In this document: positions 1 through 12,454 of the stretch, piece after piece
Numbering within the stretch: the first letter of the stretch is position 1
Layout of the letters: the number at the start of each line of letters is the position of its first letter
Source: Octopus vulgaris
Lineage: Eukaryota
Length of the DNA stretch: 64,000 nt
NCBI GenBank assembly: GCA_951406725.2
Contig: OX597822.1
Span: 29,512,001 to 29,576,000 of the forward strand
Direction of reading: 5' to 3'
Notes under the pieces: model-generated
What the model saw: only the letters and a program-made list of their open reading frames with translations
Databases searched by the model: none
What the model was told of the DNA's origin: nothing
Position numbers and translations under genes: made by a program

Positions 1-424
1 AAGAAAAAAAGGACCCGCTTTACTGAATCGAAAAGGAGTGATTTTTCATCGGGACAATGCACAAACCCACACTGCAAAGATCACATCACAGAAGATCGAA
101 GAGCTTGGTTGGGAAAAAATTCCTCATCCACCTTATTCTTCCGACCTTGCTCCTTCAGACTACCATTTGTTTCGTAGTTTACAGAATCATTTGGAGAACA
201 TAACTTTCGCAAGTCAGGAGGAGGTTGAAACTGACATTTCAGAATCCTGCGCTTTGAAACCAAGAGTTTTACATTGATGGGATTAAAAAGCTTGTAAATA
301 GATGGAAGGAAGTCATAGATAATCAGGGAAAATACATTGATGATTAAATTTCAATTAAATATAACATTTGATCACTTGTTTTCTTTATTCAAAATTCGGA
401 CAGAACTTATGGGATGACCTGATA
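1..424 (+). mobile_element. 3' part of a mariner (Tc1/mariner DD34D) transposon, frameshifted
   Basis: ORF 38-277 has HRDNA..H and HPPYSSDLAPSDYHLF, the mariner catalytic motifs. The C-terminus continues in another frame (..GIKKLVNRWKEVIDNQGKYIDD*). The element ends in a TIR-like ..TTATGGGATGACCTGA followed by TA. Confidence 0.9.
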
Positions 425-717
425 TTATTATTGTTTTGATTCGTTACATGTTTTGATTTAATTTGAGGTCATGATTTAAAGCAATTAATCTAATTAACAA
501 AATTTACAATAATTAGCATTAAGAAACCGGATGCAGATATTTCACATAAAAGATTTGTTATCTCATTCCACTGAATGAAAATGTGTGTGAGTGTTTGTGT
601 GTGTATATATGTGTGTGTATGTGTGTGTGTGAGTGTGTGTATGTGTGTCGTGTGTGTGTGTATGTGTGTGAATGTGTGTATGCGTGTGTGTGTGTGAATG
701 TGTGTATGCGTGTGTGC

Positions 718-748
<31 letters not shown>

Positions 749-1006
749 TGTGTGTGTGTGTGTGTGTATGTGAGTGCGCGGATTGTTTGAAACAGCTGAA
801 AGAGGCGTCCTCCTGGGGTTAAAATGGTAGTAGCGTCGGTTGATGCAACAGGATACCACAGGATGCCTCGTCCAGCTTTTGTATCGAATAACCAGCAGGA
901 AGGGTTATCCTCCTGGGTCAAAATGGTAGTAACGTCGGTTTCTAAGGAACAGCCATGTTGATGTGGTGATAACCATTACTTCTCAGTAGAGTTACTGTTT
1001 TCATAT

Positions 1007-1226
1007 TCTCTTTACTCTTTTACTCTTTTACTTGTTTCAGTCATTTGACTGCGGCCATGCTGGAGCACCGCCTTTTAGTCGAGCAACTCGACCCCGGGAC
1101 TTATTCTTTTGTAAGCCCAGTACTTATTCTATCGGTCTCTTTTGCCGAACCGCTAAGTGACGGGGACGTAAACACACCAGCATCGGTTGTCAAGCAATGC
1201 TGGAGGGGGGGACAAACACAGACACA

Positions 1227-1317
<91 letters not shown>

Positions 1318-1485
1318 TACGACGGGCTTCTTTCAGTTTCCGTCTACCAAATCCACTCACAAGGCTTTGGTCGGCCCGAGGCTATAGTAGAAGACACTTG
1401 CCCAAGATGCCACGCAGTGGGACTGAACCCAGAACCATGTGGTTGGTTAGCAAGCTTCTTACCACACAGCCACTCCTGCGCCTAT
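1007..1485 (-). mobile_element. SINE family 2 (tRNA-like head AGGCGCAGGAGTGGCTGTGTGG, internal (TA)n(TG)n, TAAAAGAG-type tail)
   Basis: Near-identical sequence recurs at ~3605-3845(-), 4325-4735(+), 5345-5500(+), 7860-8035(+), 16975-17135(-), 17400-17710(+), 40970-41275(+), 47390-47610(+), 53965-54365(-) and 55203-58180(-, interrupted). Confidence 0.85.
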
Positions 1486-2330
1486 AATCGTTGTGCATCG
1501 GCCGGGATAGAGATTTTCTACCTAGCTAATTTGCTTATTACAGGTAATATTTTCTTATCAATAAACGCCTAAAAAAAATGAATATATTAAAGCTGTATGT
1601 CCTTTGAAGTTCTAAAGAATTAACCCCCCACCCCGCCACTCCCTTCTCCTCCAATATCTGGCACTCAGACGGATTTATTATGCATCATGGCGGCATTGTC
1701 ACCTAGTTCAGTTGTTAGACAACTCACAACCTTACTCTCTGTCAACAATGGCCAAATGGAGGTTTTCACAGGTTCCTTATAGCTCTTTCCCTATTCATGT
1801 CTAGATCCGGTCTTCGGTCAATGACTCCCCCTTGCCGAAATTATTTCTCCTCATTCGCCCCCCCCACCTCCTTCACTAACATATACACATATACATACGC
1901 AACCACACCCACACGTACTCACGCACACGTACATGTGCGCGTGATCGCACGTATGAACACATTCACATTGGTATATAATCAAAGAAATACAGGCAGTTTA
2001 ACAGGTGGTACAAATACACAAAACACACACACACACACAAACACACACACATACACACACACAAACACACATATATACACATATTTATTTATGTATATAT
2101 TTTAACATGTTATATAATTTTTACCTGTTTCATTTATAGGACGGTGGCCATGCTGGAGCACTGCGTCAGAGGATTTTCGTCGAACAAATCGAGCCGAGTA
2201 CTTATTTTCGATTAAAATCCTTCAAGGAGGTGCTCCAGTATGGCTGAGTCAAATGACTGGATCAAGTGAAAAAATATACATGAGTTCTTAATTGATATTG
2301 ACAAAATTCCAGTGGTGGATTTTATTTCTT

Positions 2331-2398
<68 letters not shown>

Positions 2399-2639
2399 AA
2401 TGAGAAAGAAGTTTATCGAAAAGATAAAAAGCAAAGTCGATAAAACTGACCTCAGGGGTTTTTGAACTCGGAGTGCGGAGCTCCAGAACAAATACCATAA
2501 GACATTTATACTCGACCATTGTGCTATCTTAAGTAGATATTTGGTGTTAAATACGAGTCAATCCATTAAAAGGCACATCACTTGCCCCTCTTCTTTTTGA
2601 GACTTGGGTAAGTGGTAACAACCTGTTTTGGTTTCCTGG

Positions 2640-3302
2640 ACAAGGTTTACATTGAGGTCCAAAATCCGGTGGAACAGGTGGAGGCAAATCACATATTAAA
2701 CGGCTGTAGAGACAGTTGCTACCTTTAATGATCTTAAACCCATTGCTATTGAACGAAGGTAAAAATGATAGAGTAACCGAATGAATTTTATTTTTACTGT
2801 ATTACTCGTTTCAGTTATTAGAGCATTAACGTGGAGGCGCAATGGCCCAGTGGTTAGGGCAGCGGGCTCGCGGTCGTAGGATCGCGGTTTCGATTCCCAG
2901 ACCGGGCGTTGTGAGTGTTTATTGAGCGAAAACACCTAAAAGCTCCACGAGGCTCCGGCAGGGATGGTGGTGAACCCTGCTGTACTCTTTCACCACAACT
3001 TTCTCTCACTCTTACTTCCTGTTTCTGTTGTACCTGTATTTCAAATGGCCGGCCTTGTCACTCTCTGTGTCACGCTGAATATCCCCGAGAACTACGTTAA
3101 CTGTGGAGAACTGTGGAGTGCTCAGCCACTTACACGTTAATTTCACGAGCAGGCTGTTCCGTTGATTTGGATCAACCGGAACCCTCGTCGTCGTAACCGA
3201 CGGAATGCTTCCATATATATTAGAGCATTGCCTTAGAAGCTTTAGTCGACCACTGTAAAGATCGTAAATAACTGAAGGATAACAGCCTTTTACTAAACAA
3301 AA
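2640..3302 (+). repeat. Copy of an ~260 bp sequence also present at 9287-9547, here interrupted by a SINE
   Basis: 2640-2827 plus 3218-3302 align almost base for base with 9287-9547. Confidence 0.9.
2828..3217 (+). mobile_element. tRNA-derived SINE family 1 (resembles octopus OR-type SINEs) with 12-bp TSD
   Basis: A box TGGCCCAGTGG and B box GGTTTCGATTCCC. TSD TATTAGAGCATT at 2816-2827 and 3218-3229. Family copies or variants lie at ~6662-7035(-), 13050-13436(-), 13753-13996(-), 30042-30320(+), 35521-35841(+), 43900-44137(+), 48220-48578(-), 53748-53935(+), 54599-54985(-), 58622-58903(-), 60812-61053(+) and 62185-62477(-). Confidence 0.9.
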
Positions 3303-3606
3303 CCAGAGAAGGCGAAAGAGAAAGAGGACGAGGAGAGAGAGAGAGATGTTATTCTTTTATGAAAGGAATCTGAAGAAACCCCCACCTGGCTGACTCTTGA
3401 GTACCATTAATGGAGTACACTGTTATAAACATTCAATCTACGTAGGTCTCTTTCCGAAGAACATCTTCCTCTCGCCAGTCTTGAAGATCTTGAAAAAGAA
3501 ATGGGTATTAACCCTTACCCATCTCTGACCAAGAACCCCTACCATATGAAAGGTAAACACAAGTTGTAGTTTATTTTTACCATTTTATTTATGTAGTTTA
3601 TTTGTA

Positions 3607-3644
<38 letters not shown>

Positions 3645-3645
3645 A

Positions 3646-3677
<32 letters not shown>

Positions 3678-3811
3678 CACGACGGGCTTCTTTCAGTTTC
3701 CGTCTACCAAACCCACTCACAAGGCTTTGGTCGACCCGAGGCTATAGTAGAAGACATTTGTTCAAATTGCCATGCAGTGGGACTGAAACTGGAACCATGT
3801 GGGTGGTAAAC

Positions 3812-4166
3812 AAGCTACTTACCACACATCCACTCCTGCACCTATATATTCTATCATATTATATCATATTGTATTATACTATATATCATATTCAAGCATT
3901 TGATCTGTGTCAACATAATGTACTTGCAATATGAACACCCCCTTCAGAGGATGCAATAAACACAAGTTGTAGTTTATACCATTTTTTTTGCGTACATACG
4001 TTTGACTATTGTGAATAAGCGCATCCTCTGCAGGTGTTGTTCACATTGCAATTAGTAGTTCAGAGTGAATACTTTATTGCATTATGATAACGCAGATCAA
4101 ATGCTTGAATATGATATAATATAACAGAATATATAGACACAGGAGTGGCTGTGTGGTAAGTAGCTT
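3812..4166. repeat. Imperfect long inverted repeat (fold-back) that includes two SINE heads
   Basis: Three arm pairs: AAGCTACTTACCACAC..CCACTCCTG / CAGGAGTGGCTGTGTGGTAAGTAGCTT; TATCATATTCAAGCATTTGATCTG / CAGATCAAATGCTTGAATATGATA; CAGAGGATGC / GCATCCTCTG. Confidence 0.8.
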
Positions 4167-4490
4167 TAGGCGCAGGAGTGGCTAAACTTTATATTGTAAT
4201 TATTATATATATTTTATTGTAATCACCAACGTTTTAAGCTACTACACCCTATATGTTTGTCTGTATTTGTATGTCCCCTCAATGTAACGCCTTAATGGCG
4301 AATCTTTCATGAAATAAAGTAGCTATAGGTGCAGGAGTGGCTGTGTGGTAAGTAGCTTGTTTACCAACCACATGGTTCCGGGTTCAGTCCTACTGCGTGG
4401 CACCTTGGGCAAATGTCTTCTACTATAGTCTCGGGCCGACCAAAGCCTTGTGAGTGAATTTGGTAGACGGAAACTGAAAAAAGCCCGTCG

Positions 4491-4536
<46 letters not shown>

Positions 4537-4791
4537 GGGGGTGTATGTGTGTGTGTTTGTGTGTGTGTGTGTCCGAACATCGCTTGACAACCGATGGTGG
4601 TGTGTTTACGTCCCCGTAACTTAGTGGTTCAGCAAAAGAGTCTCGTAGAATAAGTACTAGGCTTACGAAGATTTGCTCGACTAAAAGCAGTGCTCCAGCA
4701 TGGCCGCAGTCAAAATGACTGAAACAAGTAAAAGAATATATATAGTAAAAATAACAATAATTCTTGGATGGAATTTATAAACATTTAATGC

Positions 4792-4925
4792 ATCGCTCCG
4801 CGCGTTTCCACAAATCACATGTCTCTTGAGATCACAGTCCGTATTCCTGGGATGATTGCTATGTAGTCCGTAGTATCCGTGGGCATCGGGTAGTTCATCT
4901 TCATGGATTCATTTCATCAGACGAT
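4792..4925 (-). ncRNA. Degenerate minimal hammerhead ribozyme motif with ~105-nt helix II
   Basis: Minus strand reads atcgt-CTGATGA-[~105 nt]-GAAAC-GCGC-GGA-gcgat. Helix I is 5 bp. The expected GUA cleavage triplet reads GGA, one substitution away. Confidence 0.55.
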
Positions 4926-5497
4926 ATAACATTAATGGATATTTACCAGAGGAATGTATATCCTTTTCGACCAGCGCGAAGTTTGGTTGAGTTATGTGAG
5001 TATTTCTGGATATATTTTGTGGTGAGGAGGGGAAGGTGATGATGGAAAGAGCGGAAGGAATGGTAGTTATATGGGGGAAGGAGGTGTGTGTTGATATTGG
5101 ACTTATTTTGCAATTCACTCAGCTGAGGATAAGGATGGGTCGTAGATTCCTTTGTTCGATCTCATTTAAGACACGGCTATCTTCAATGAATTCTGAATTA
5201 AACAGGTCAGCCGGTACAACCACCACAGTCATGTAACCCCTAAAACTGGATTACCAGTCAGCATCATTATACAGTGGTTGGCATAATGGGATAGGAGCTT
5301 TATTTGCATATTCAGAACATCTTCCGTAAGCAAATTTGAAAGATAGTGGCTGCATGGTAAGAAGCTTGCTTCCTAACCAGATGTTTCTGGGTTCAGTCTC
5401 ACTCCATGGCACCTTGGGCAAGTGTCTTCTATTACAGCTTCGGGCCGAACAATGCCTTGTGAGTGGATTTGGTAGACGGAAACTGAAAGAAGCCCGT

Positions 5498-5589
<92 letters not shown>

Positions 5590-5594
<5 letters not shown>

Positions 5595-6234
5595 GAAAAT
5601 AGTAAAAAGTGAAAAAACTACAGAAGGCTTGTTTTAAAAGGTTAAAAAATATATATTTGAGTCAATATGTCTGAAGAATATTATAAATTTTTTTCTTACA
5701 ATGACATAGTTTAGAAGAAATGACCGGTTTCGCGTTCAGCTTTTCAAATTTCTTACATCGTTATGTTTATGTTGAGAAGAGTTCTAGATAAGGGGAGGTA
5801 ATAAGTGATTTCTTCCGGTGTAAGGGAGATAATCGCTTAAAATTGGAGTGAATTTCTCTGTATAAGTATGTTGGAATGGTTAAGGCTGAGCTTGTACTTT
5901 TCAATGAAGAATGTTTCCTTGTTTAGTCTAATTTGTGTTGGTGTTCCGATAGCACATTGGTAAAATGGAAAGATTAAAAATTGTGGTAGTAGTTGCTTTG
6001 CGCATTTCTCAATGTGCTCACTAAAAGGTATCATTCTGTATTCTGGGAATGCAATCTGTTGTCGATGCAGTGTGCATCTACGTCTGAGTGACAGTCCCGT
6101 GGATCCCACGTAGTCTTGGTGGCAGCCCGAGCATTTTATGACATAAATTATGTTTTCAGAGGCACAAGTACAATTAGATTTGATCTTGAATTTCTGTCCC
6201 TCTTTGAAGAGGAATTCTGATCCTTCTGCTAGAA

Positions 6235-6238
<4 letters not shown>
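5590..6238 (-). mobile_element. 3' fragment of a Penelope-like retroelement (GIY-YIG endonuclease plus 3' region)
   Basis: ORF portion ending at 5837: CTCASENIIYVIKCSGCHQDYVGSTGLSLRRRCTLHRQQI..HIEKC..RLNKETFFIEKYK..LN, matching the Penelope GIY-YIG/CxxC pattern. Bounded by (TA)n on both sides. Confidence 0.88.
5715..5754 (-). ncRNA. Minimal hammerhead ribozyme motif with U3-A8 core variant (Penelope-associated)
   Basis: aagaaat-TTGAAAA-gc.tgaac.gc-GAAA-C.CG.GTC-atttctt. Perfect 7-bp helix I, palindromic helix III (ACCGGT) and GUC triplet. Lies ~80 nt downstream of the GIY-YIG stop on the same strand. Confidence 0.75.
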
Positions 6239-6267
<29 letters not shown>

Positions 6268-6545
6268 GTACGCATGTGTGCGTGTGTGTGTGTATGTGTG
6301 AGTGAAACAAACAAACAAAAAGTAAAGCTTAATATATTTCAGTTCCCTTTTATTTTAATTTACATTTTCGAAATCAATACAAGAAAAGAAAAAAAGTAAC
6401 AACAACAAAAACAAAACAAAACAAGCAAATAAAAAGGAAAAGTGGAAAAGAAAGATTGGGAAAATGTAGAAAATGCTAGTTTTCAGATTAAAAAGATGTA
6501 CTAATGTACTAAAACTGGTTAAAAAAATATATATGTATATATATA

Positions 6546-6664
<119 letters not shown>

Positions 6665-7438
6665 CGGCACTCCGTCGGTTACGACGACTAGTGTTCCAGT
6701 TGATCCGATGAACGAAACATCCTGCTCGTGAAATTAACTTGCAAGTAGTTGAGCACTCCACAGACACGTGTACCCTTAACGTAGTTCTCGGGGATATTCA
6801 GCGTGACACAGAGTGTGACAAGTCTGGCCCTTTGAAATGCAGGTACAACAGAAACAGGAAGAAAGAGTGAGAGAAAGTTGTCGTGAAAGAATACCGCAGA
6901 GTTCACCACCACTCCCTGCCGGAGCCTCGTGGAGCTTTAGGTGTTTTCGCTCAGTAAACACTCACAACGCCCGGTCTGGGAATTGAAACCGCGATCCTAA
7001 GACCGCAAGTCAGCTGCCCTAACCACTGGGCCATATGTAAAAAAATCAGTGTATTACATACATTTTCCATTATTATTAGCCTTGTTTTTATAATGTTTGC
7101 CATACTTCGTGTATTTATGTATAATGTATATATTTATGTACACATTCCGAAGAAGCGAGTAGATTATGCATTGAAAAGGTGTATATTTATTATTGTATTA
7201 TTTTAAACTGTCTCCAAGAACTGTTCAAAGTAGCTTTACTGAAAAAAAATAATAACACAGAAAAACTCCCCCACCCCTCCCCCAAACCAAGAATTATTAA
7301 ATGGGATTGAAATATTGTAGCAACGCAGGAGATATCCTCACATGTTGAAGTTAAAATCAATTAAAAATTTATAAAAAACCCCCCAAAAAACCAAACACCT
7401 TCCAGCCAATTGAAATCAACATCGAAGAATTATCTTTT

Positions 7439-7747
7439 TTATGATTTTACGTATTTTCCTTCTAGTTCCTGGAAGGTATTGCTGCCTTCATATATAATAA
7501 TATTGTCGCTGTAGTTGTTGTTCTGACCGAACGTGACTGGGGAATAATTTGTACTCGATTTCATTATTGTGGAAATGTCTGATGTTTGGTGATAATCATA
7601 ATTATCTCTTAGTCTGTTGTAGTGTTCAGCTTTGAACTGGAACGATACTAGACCAAACAGGAAAGCCGGGATGAGACAAAGGGCCATAGCTGTCCAGGTC
7701 ATGGCGTAGCAGACTCCGTACGAACGGGTTGAAGCATGTTTTATGTA
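7439..7747 (-). CDS. Gene A (claudin/PMP22-superfamily tetraspan protein), exon 5 (last): TM4 plus cytoplasmic tail
   Basis: Acceptor ttggttgtttcag|TAC, phase 0. Encodes YIKHASTRSYGVCYAMTWTAMALCLIPAFLF..KYVKS*. SYG.s..l.W is typical of the superfamily's TM4 entry and is homologous to gene B exon 5. Confidence 0.88.
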   Translation of the reverse strand, partial: YIKHASTRSYGVCYAMTWTAMALCLIPAFLFGLVSFQFKAEHYNRLRDNYDYHQTSDISTIMKSSTNYSPVTFGQNNNYSDNIIIYEGSNTFQELEGKYVKS

Positions 7748-8091
7748 CTGAAACAACCAAAAATAAATAAATAAATAAACTCATAAATAAATAAAAAAAA
7801 AAGCTAAATAAATAAAATAAATAAATACATAAATGAAATAAAATAAAACAAAGTGAGTAGGCATAGCTGTGTGTGTGTGTGTGTGTATGTTTAGAAGTTT
7901 CTTTCTCAATCACATGGTTCCGGGTTCAGTTCCACTGTGTGGCACCTTGGGCAAGTGTCTTTTATTATTGCCTCGGGACGACCAAAGCCTTGTGAGTGGA
8001 TTTGGTAGACAGAAACTGAAAAAGACTCGTCGTATACATACATACATACATACATACATAATACATACATGTACACAGATCTATCTATCTA

Positions 8092-8124
<33 letters not shown>

Positions 8125-8491
8125 ATGTATGTATGTATGTAAAACTAATGTAGGCAGCAGTAAGCAATGTGTACCACAATGGAAAGCTTTAACAGTTATT
8201 AAATATGATTGAGGGCATTAGAAACACCTTACATTGTCAGAAATAAGAGCTAAACGCTCTAATGCTGTAGTCAACGCACATAATTGCATACACTCATGCT
8301 GACAGGGACCATAATCGCCCGAAAAGCAGCGCTATACTTCAATATTTCACTTAAGCATTGTGATTCTAATAATCTGGTTTCAGAACTCAATATGTATCTA
8401 CAGCAGAAACAGCTGTAAGTAAATGAAGTCCATAGCGTAATTGTTTATTCCTGTGTTCCCAATTTCGTACACGCACACACACACACACACA

Positions 8492-8553
<62 letters not shown>

Positions 8554-8885
8554 CGCACATATGGTGTGTGTGTGTATGATTACTTTTAAAAATTAGGAAG
8601 AATTTATTTGAACAACATTGTTATTATGAAGCTGGCGTTTGGAGCATAAACTAATACGAAATTTTGATGGAAGGTTTTAATTTAGATCACTTTAAAATGG
8701 GAAGTTTGTATCATGGAAACAGAGGCAGACTCGGCAGGGCTGATATCAAAAGGGTAAATCATTCACTCACTCATTCAATAAATCCTTCAATCTCGTCACT
8801 CTTTCTCCTTCAGTAATTTACTCCCCTTCATTCATACACTCCCACATTAAGAACACTACACGGTTAATATTCCTAAACAACTTAC

Positions 8886-8992
8886 TAGTGGCCAGTTTTT
8901 CTGGTAGTACATGCCTCCTGCTTCTTTGACGGTGTTGGTTTCAATAAATTCCATTGCATGGAATGCAGTCATTGCGAGACATATCATAAAAG
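8886..8992 (-). CDS. Gene A exon 4: end of TM3 and ECL2
   Basis: catttcag|CT..CCACTA|gtaagt; 107 nt, phase 1->0. Encodes (A)FMICLAMTAFHAMEFIETNTVKEAGGMYYQKNWPL, homologous to gene B exon 4. Not in the ORF track. Confidence 0.88.
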
Positions 8993-9286
8993 CTGAAATG
9001 GAAGAATATGGAAATGACATTGTGCAACAATATTTTTTGTTTATTTATTTGTCTTAGGTCAGTATGTGTTGTTTTCTCTTTGCTTCTATCTAGAAATCAA
9101 AGGAAATGACTACTATTCCGTCCAAACTTTGCTTTTGTGGCCTGGACATCAATGTTTTGAAACTGACCTGTTTTCCATTACATTTCGGACAGATTCAACA
9201 TTGAGTTGCTGAAGCAGAAATATCGTTATATTAAATATTCTGCTCAGTATCACACATTTACTTGTCAGTTGGTTAACCTTTCCATG

Positions 9287-9547
9287 ACAAGGTTTGCATT
9301 GAGGTCCAAAATCCGGTGGAACAGGTGGAGGCAAATCACATATTAAACGGCTGTAGAGACTGTTGCTACCTTTAATGATCTTAAACCCATTGCTATTGAA
9401 CGAAGGTAAAAATGATAGAATAACCAAATGAATTTTATTTTTACTTTATTACTCGTTTCAGTTATTAGAGCATTGCCTTAGAAGCTTTAGTCGACCACTG
9501 TAAAGATCGTAAATAACTGAAGGATAACAGCCTCTTACTAAACAAAG
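9287..9547 (+). repeat. Uninterrupted copy of the 2640-3302 duplicated sequence (gene A intron 3)
   Basis: Contains a single TATTAGAGCATT, i.e. the empty SINE target site. Confidence 0.9.
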
Positions 9548-10727
9548 CCACTCCCGAAAATCCTTCTCAGATATCCTCTGCCTTTAAGTCTGACAGACAA
9601 TCGTCCACCTGACTGAGAGAGATTTCCGATGATAACGACTAGAATTAGGCACCGCTTGGTATAGGCTCCATCCCATTTGTCTTCGTCCACTTTGCCTCTG
9701 GATCTGAAACCCCAGTTCTGTTTAAGAACTACGTGTGATGTCTACTCTATGCGACAGTCAATGTAGAGCCGATTTTAGACATGAGCTAAGCAGATGGCCT
9801 TGGCGGGATTTGATTCACTGAACACAGAGAGTCGGAACGAATGCCACAACGTATTATATCCAATGTTCTATCGACTCCAGCAACTCGAAACCTACTGTAG
9901 CAGTCTTCTTCCTGGTAGTTACCCGAGTCCGTGAAAGACGATTCCGAAATTTCTTACTGAGCCTCTTGCACAGATGATTTTGCTTACAGTGATCAAATAC
10001 CCGTGCAGAACATTAGCTCGCATTCTCTACCAAATTGATATTGTTTGTACAGGTGCACGGTGTGCCACACGTCAGATGTCGAAACGATTGCAGAGTAGCG
10101 CAAAATGAAGAGCTTTGCTCAAAAGCACAACGCACCGCTCAGTCCGAGAATCGAGCCCATAATCTCGCAATCGTGTGTGCAACACGCAAACCACTAGGCC
10201 ACGCTCCCTTACAGTGTAGTACTAGTAGTTAATTCTAAGATGGTAGGCTTGAAAAGTGAAGTGGGTGCTGTCCAGGCTTACCATCCCGACAGAAAGTGCA
10301 AAAAATCGTATTATCTGGAACGGCTCATGTACTGAGAAGAGCGTTATCGCTGTGAAAACAACATCCATCCATGAATTTATTTATCTATTAATTTTTAAAT
10401 ACATATTTTATCTGCGAATTTGCGCGTGTAATCTGGGAATGCATATAATGAGCTTCTCTGTCCTAGGTGTATGGAAAACACTCGGCGAGAAACGGAAGAA
10501 AATTTGAAGAGAGAAGGAAAAAACATAATAATAATAATCTATTATATAAAATCCGTTCTGTCTGTCTGTGTGTGTGTCTTCTAGGATCTCGGGCATCCTC
10601 CATCCGATTTCGCTCAAATTTGATAAAAGGCCTTTTGATCATAGGGTCTGCTCTATCAGTTTTTGACCTAAGACAGTAACAACTTGGGCAGAGAAGGAAG
10701 ATATAAACGTTTTAAGTTTAAACTTAC

Positions 10728-10865
10728 CGGTGAACACAATGAATATGCAAGCAAAGATTCCGATACAGTGATGTTCGTATTTCCATACACAGACACCAAA
10801 GATGAAAACCACTGAGCAGAAAAACAGCGCCAGGATCATGCAAGCGAGTTGGGTTCTCTTCAGTT
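10728..10865 (-). CDS. Gene A exon 3: TM2 and start of TM3
   Basis: aaataaacag|AA..ACCG|gtaagt; 138 nt, phase 1->1. Encodes (Q)LKRTQLACMILALFFCSVVFIFGVCVWKYEHHCIGIFACIFIVFT. Same length as gene B exon 3. The acceptor has a weak polypyrimidine tract. Confidence 0.85.
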
Positions 10866-10922
10866 CTGTTTATTTTTGAATCGTAAAATATATGTGTGTA
10901 TGTATGCATGTGTGTGCGTGTG

Positions 10923-10978
<56 letters not shown>

Positions 10979-11168
10979 TGCGTGTGTGTGTGTGTGGTGT
11001 TATTTGTATTCGAGTAAAGTGGGGAAAAAAAATAAAAAAAGAGACATAAATAACATAAATCAGAAATTTATTTTCAGTAAATATGTTTAAAATCAAAGCA
11101 AAATAAAAACAAGAAAGAAATAAAAACAAAAAAGAAATCTAAAGAATCTTTGGCACACACACACATAC

Positions 11169-11246
<78 letters not shown>

Positions 11247-11413
11247 ACGCGCGCACACACATACCGTATATCAAATGCTTACCATCACACTGTTGTTATG
11301 AATGGGATTAATTTTAAACTATCCGTGTTTGCAAAATGATTCAATTCATAAGGAAAGAATTAAGGTGAAGTACACTTAATCCCTCACCTAATTTACCACC
11401 ACCACCACCACCA

Positions 11414-11444
<31 letters not shown>

Positions 11445-11639
11445 CACCACTAACGTTCGGGTAGTAGCCCTTGGGTATCTTAAGAAGAATCCATTCTGTA
11501 TAACCAGTATTACTTACTCGAGGCCTTATTTGTTGTTTTTATACCCGATGTTTTTGGATAGATTTCGGGGCAGTGTTAAACTCAAATGTTAAACGTCCCC
11601 GGTTAAAGAGTATAAGACACGTATGATAATACAGCAAGG

Positions 11640-12191
11640 ACTGTCCGTTGGACACTTTGCAACAGGTATAAACTTGACTGAGCAAAAAAGTGGTACGGAC
11701 ATAAACCCGAAGGTATCATCGAAAATGATAATGCAAAGAACCTATGGGATTTTGTGATTCAGTGCGGCCATGAGATAGAGAATAAGAAACCAGATATAGT
11801 GTTAATTTAGAAAGAAAGCAAACAATGCTGGATCATAGATATAGCATGCCCAGCTGACAACAAGGTATGCGATAAGGAAGAAAGAAAAGTCGAGAGATAT
11901 GACAGGTTAGCTTGGGAGGTTAAGCAGCTGTGGTCGCTGAAAATGTTGGTAGTAGTACCATTAATTGTCAGAGCCCTGGGAAGAGTGAGTAAAAATCTTG
12001 AGAAGTACATGGAACAAATAGGGACTGCAATAAGGGCGGAGCACTTGCAGAAAACAGCACTGCTTGGAACTGCTCGAATACTCCGGATGGTGCTCGAAAA
12101 ATAAGGGGCGCTACATTAGTTCACTGGCAGTGAACAGCTGACACCGTAGTACTTCTACAGCGTTAGAATCTGTGCAAATACACTAATAATT

Positions 12192-12244
<53 letters not shown>
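11640..12244 (+). mobile_element. Degenerate 3' end of an R4/Dong-type (restriction-like endonuclease) LINE ending in (TAA)n
   Basis: Same family as 25346-26595 in opposite orientation (..WDF..KPDIVLI..WIIDIACPAD..LQKTALLGTARILR). Followed by a short 3' UTR and (TAA)n. Confidence 0.8.
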
Positions 12245-12426
12245 TTTGGCACAATGCCAGCATTTCGGGGGAAGCGTGTTTGTCGATTGCATCGACACCA
12301 ATACCTGACTGATACTTATTCTGTTGACCCCGAAAGGATGAAAGGCAAAGTTGGCCTTGGCGGAAATTGAACTCAGAACGTAAAAACAACGTGTAAGGCA
12401 TAGTAATGCCACAGTGATTTAAAAAA

Positions 12427-12454
12427 ATTTTTGTCTATCCAGTTTTAAGATCCA
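12427..12454 (-). promoter_or_regulatory. Intronic element complementary to gene A exon-2 3' splice site (candidate RNA-duplex or editing-complementary sequence)
   Basis: Plus strand ATTTTTGTCTATCCAGTTTTAAGATCCA versus minus-strand 15465->15438 ATTTTTGTCTATCCAGTTTTAGAATCCA, 26/28 identical. The match is seen directly; function is inferred. Confidence 0.5.

Noticed and set aside
808-942. Two ~33-bp direct repeats 100 bp apart (TCCTCCTGGG..AAAATGGTAGTA.CGTCGGTT)
   Set aside because: Only two copies and no further structure; likely a small local duplication.
2832-2905. tRNA gene
   Set aside because: The A/B boxes belong to a SINE head attached to a repeated body with TSDs; there is no complete cloverleaf.
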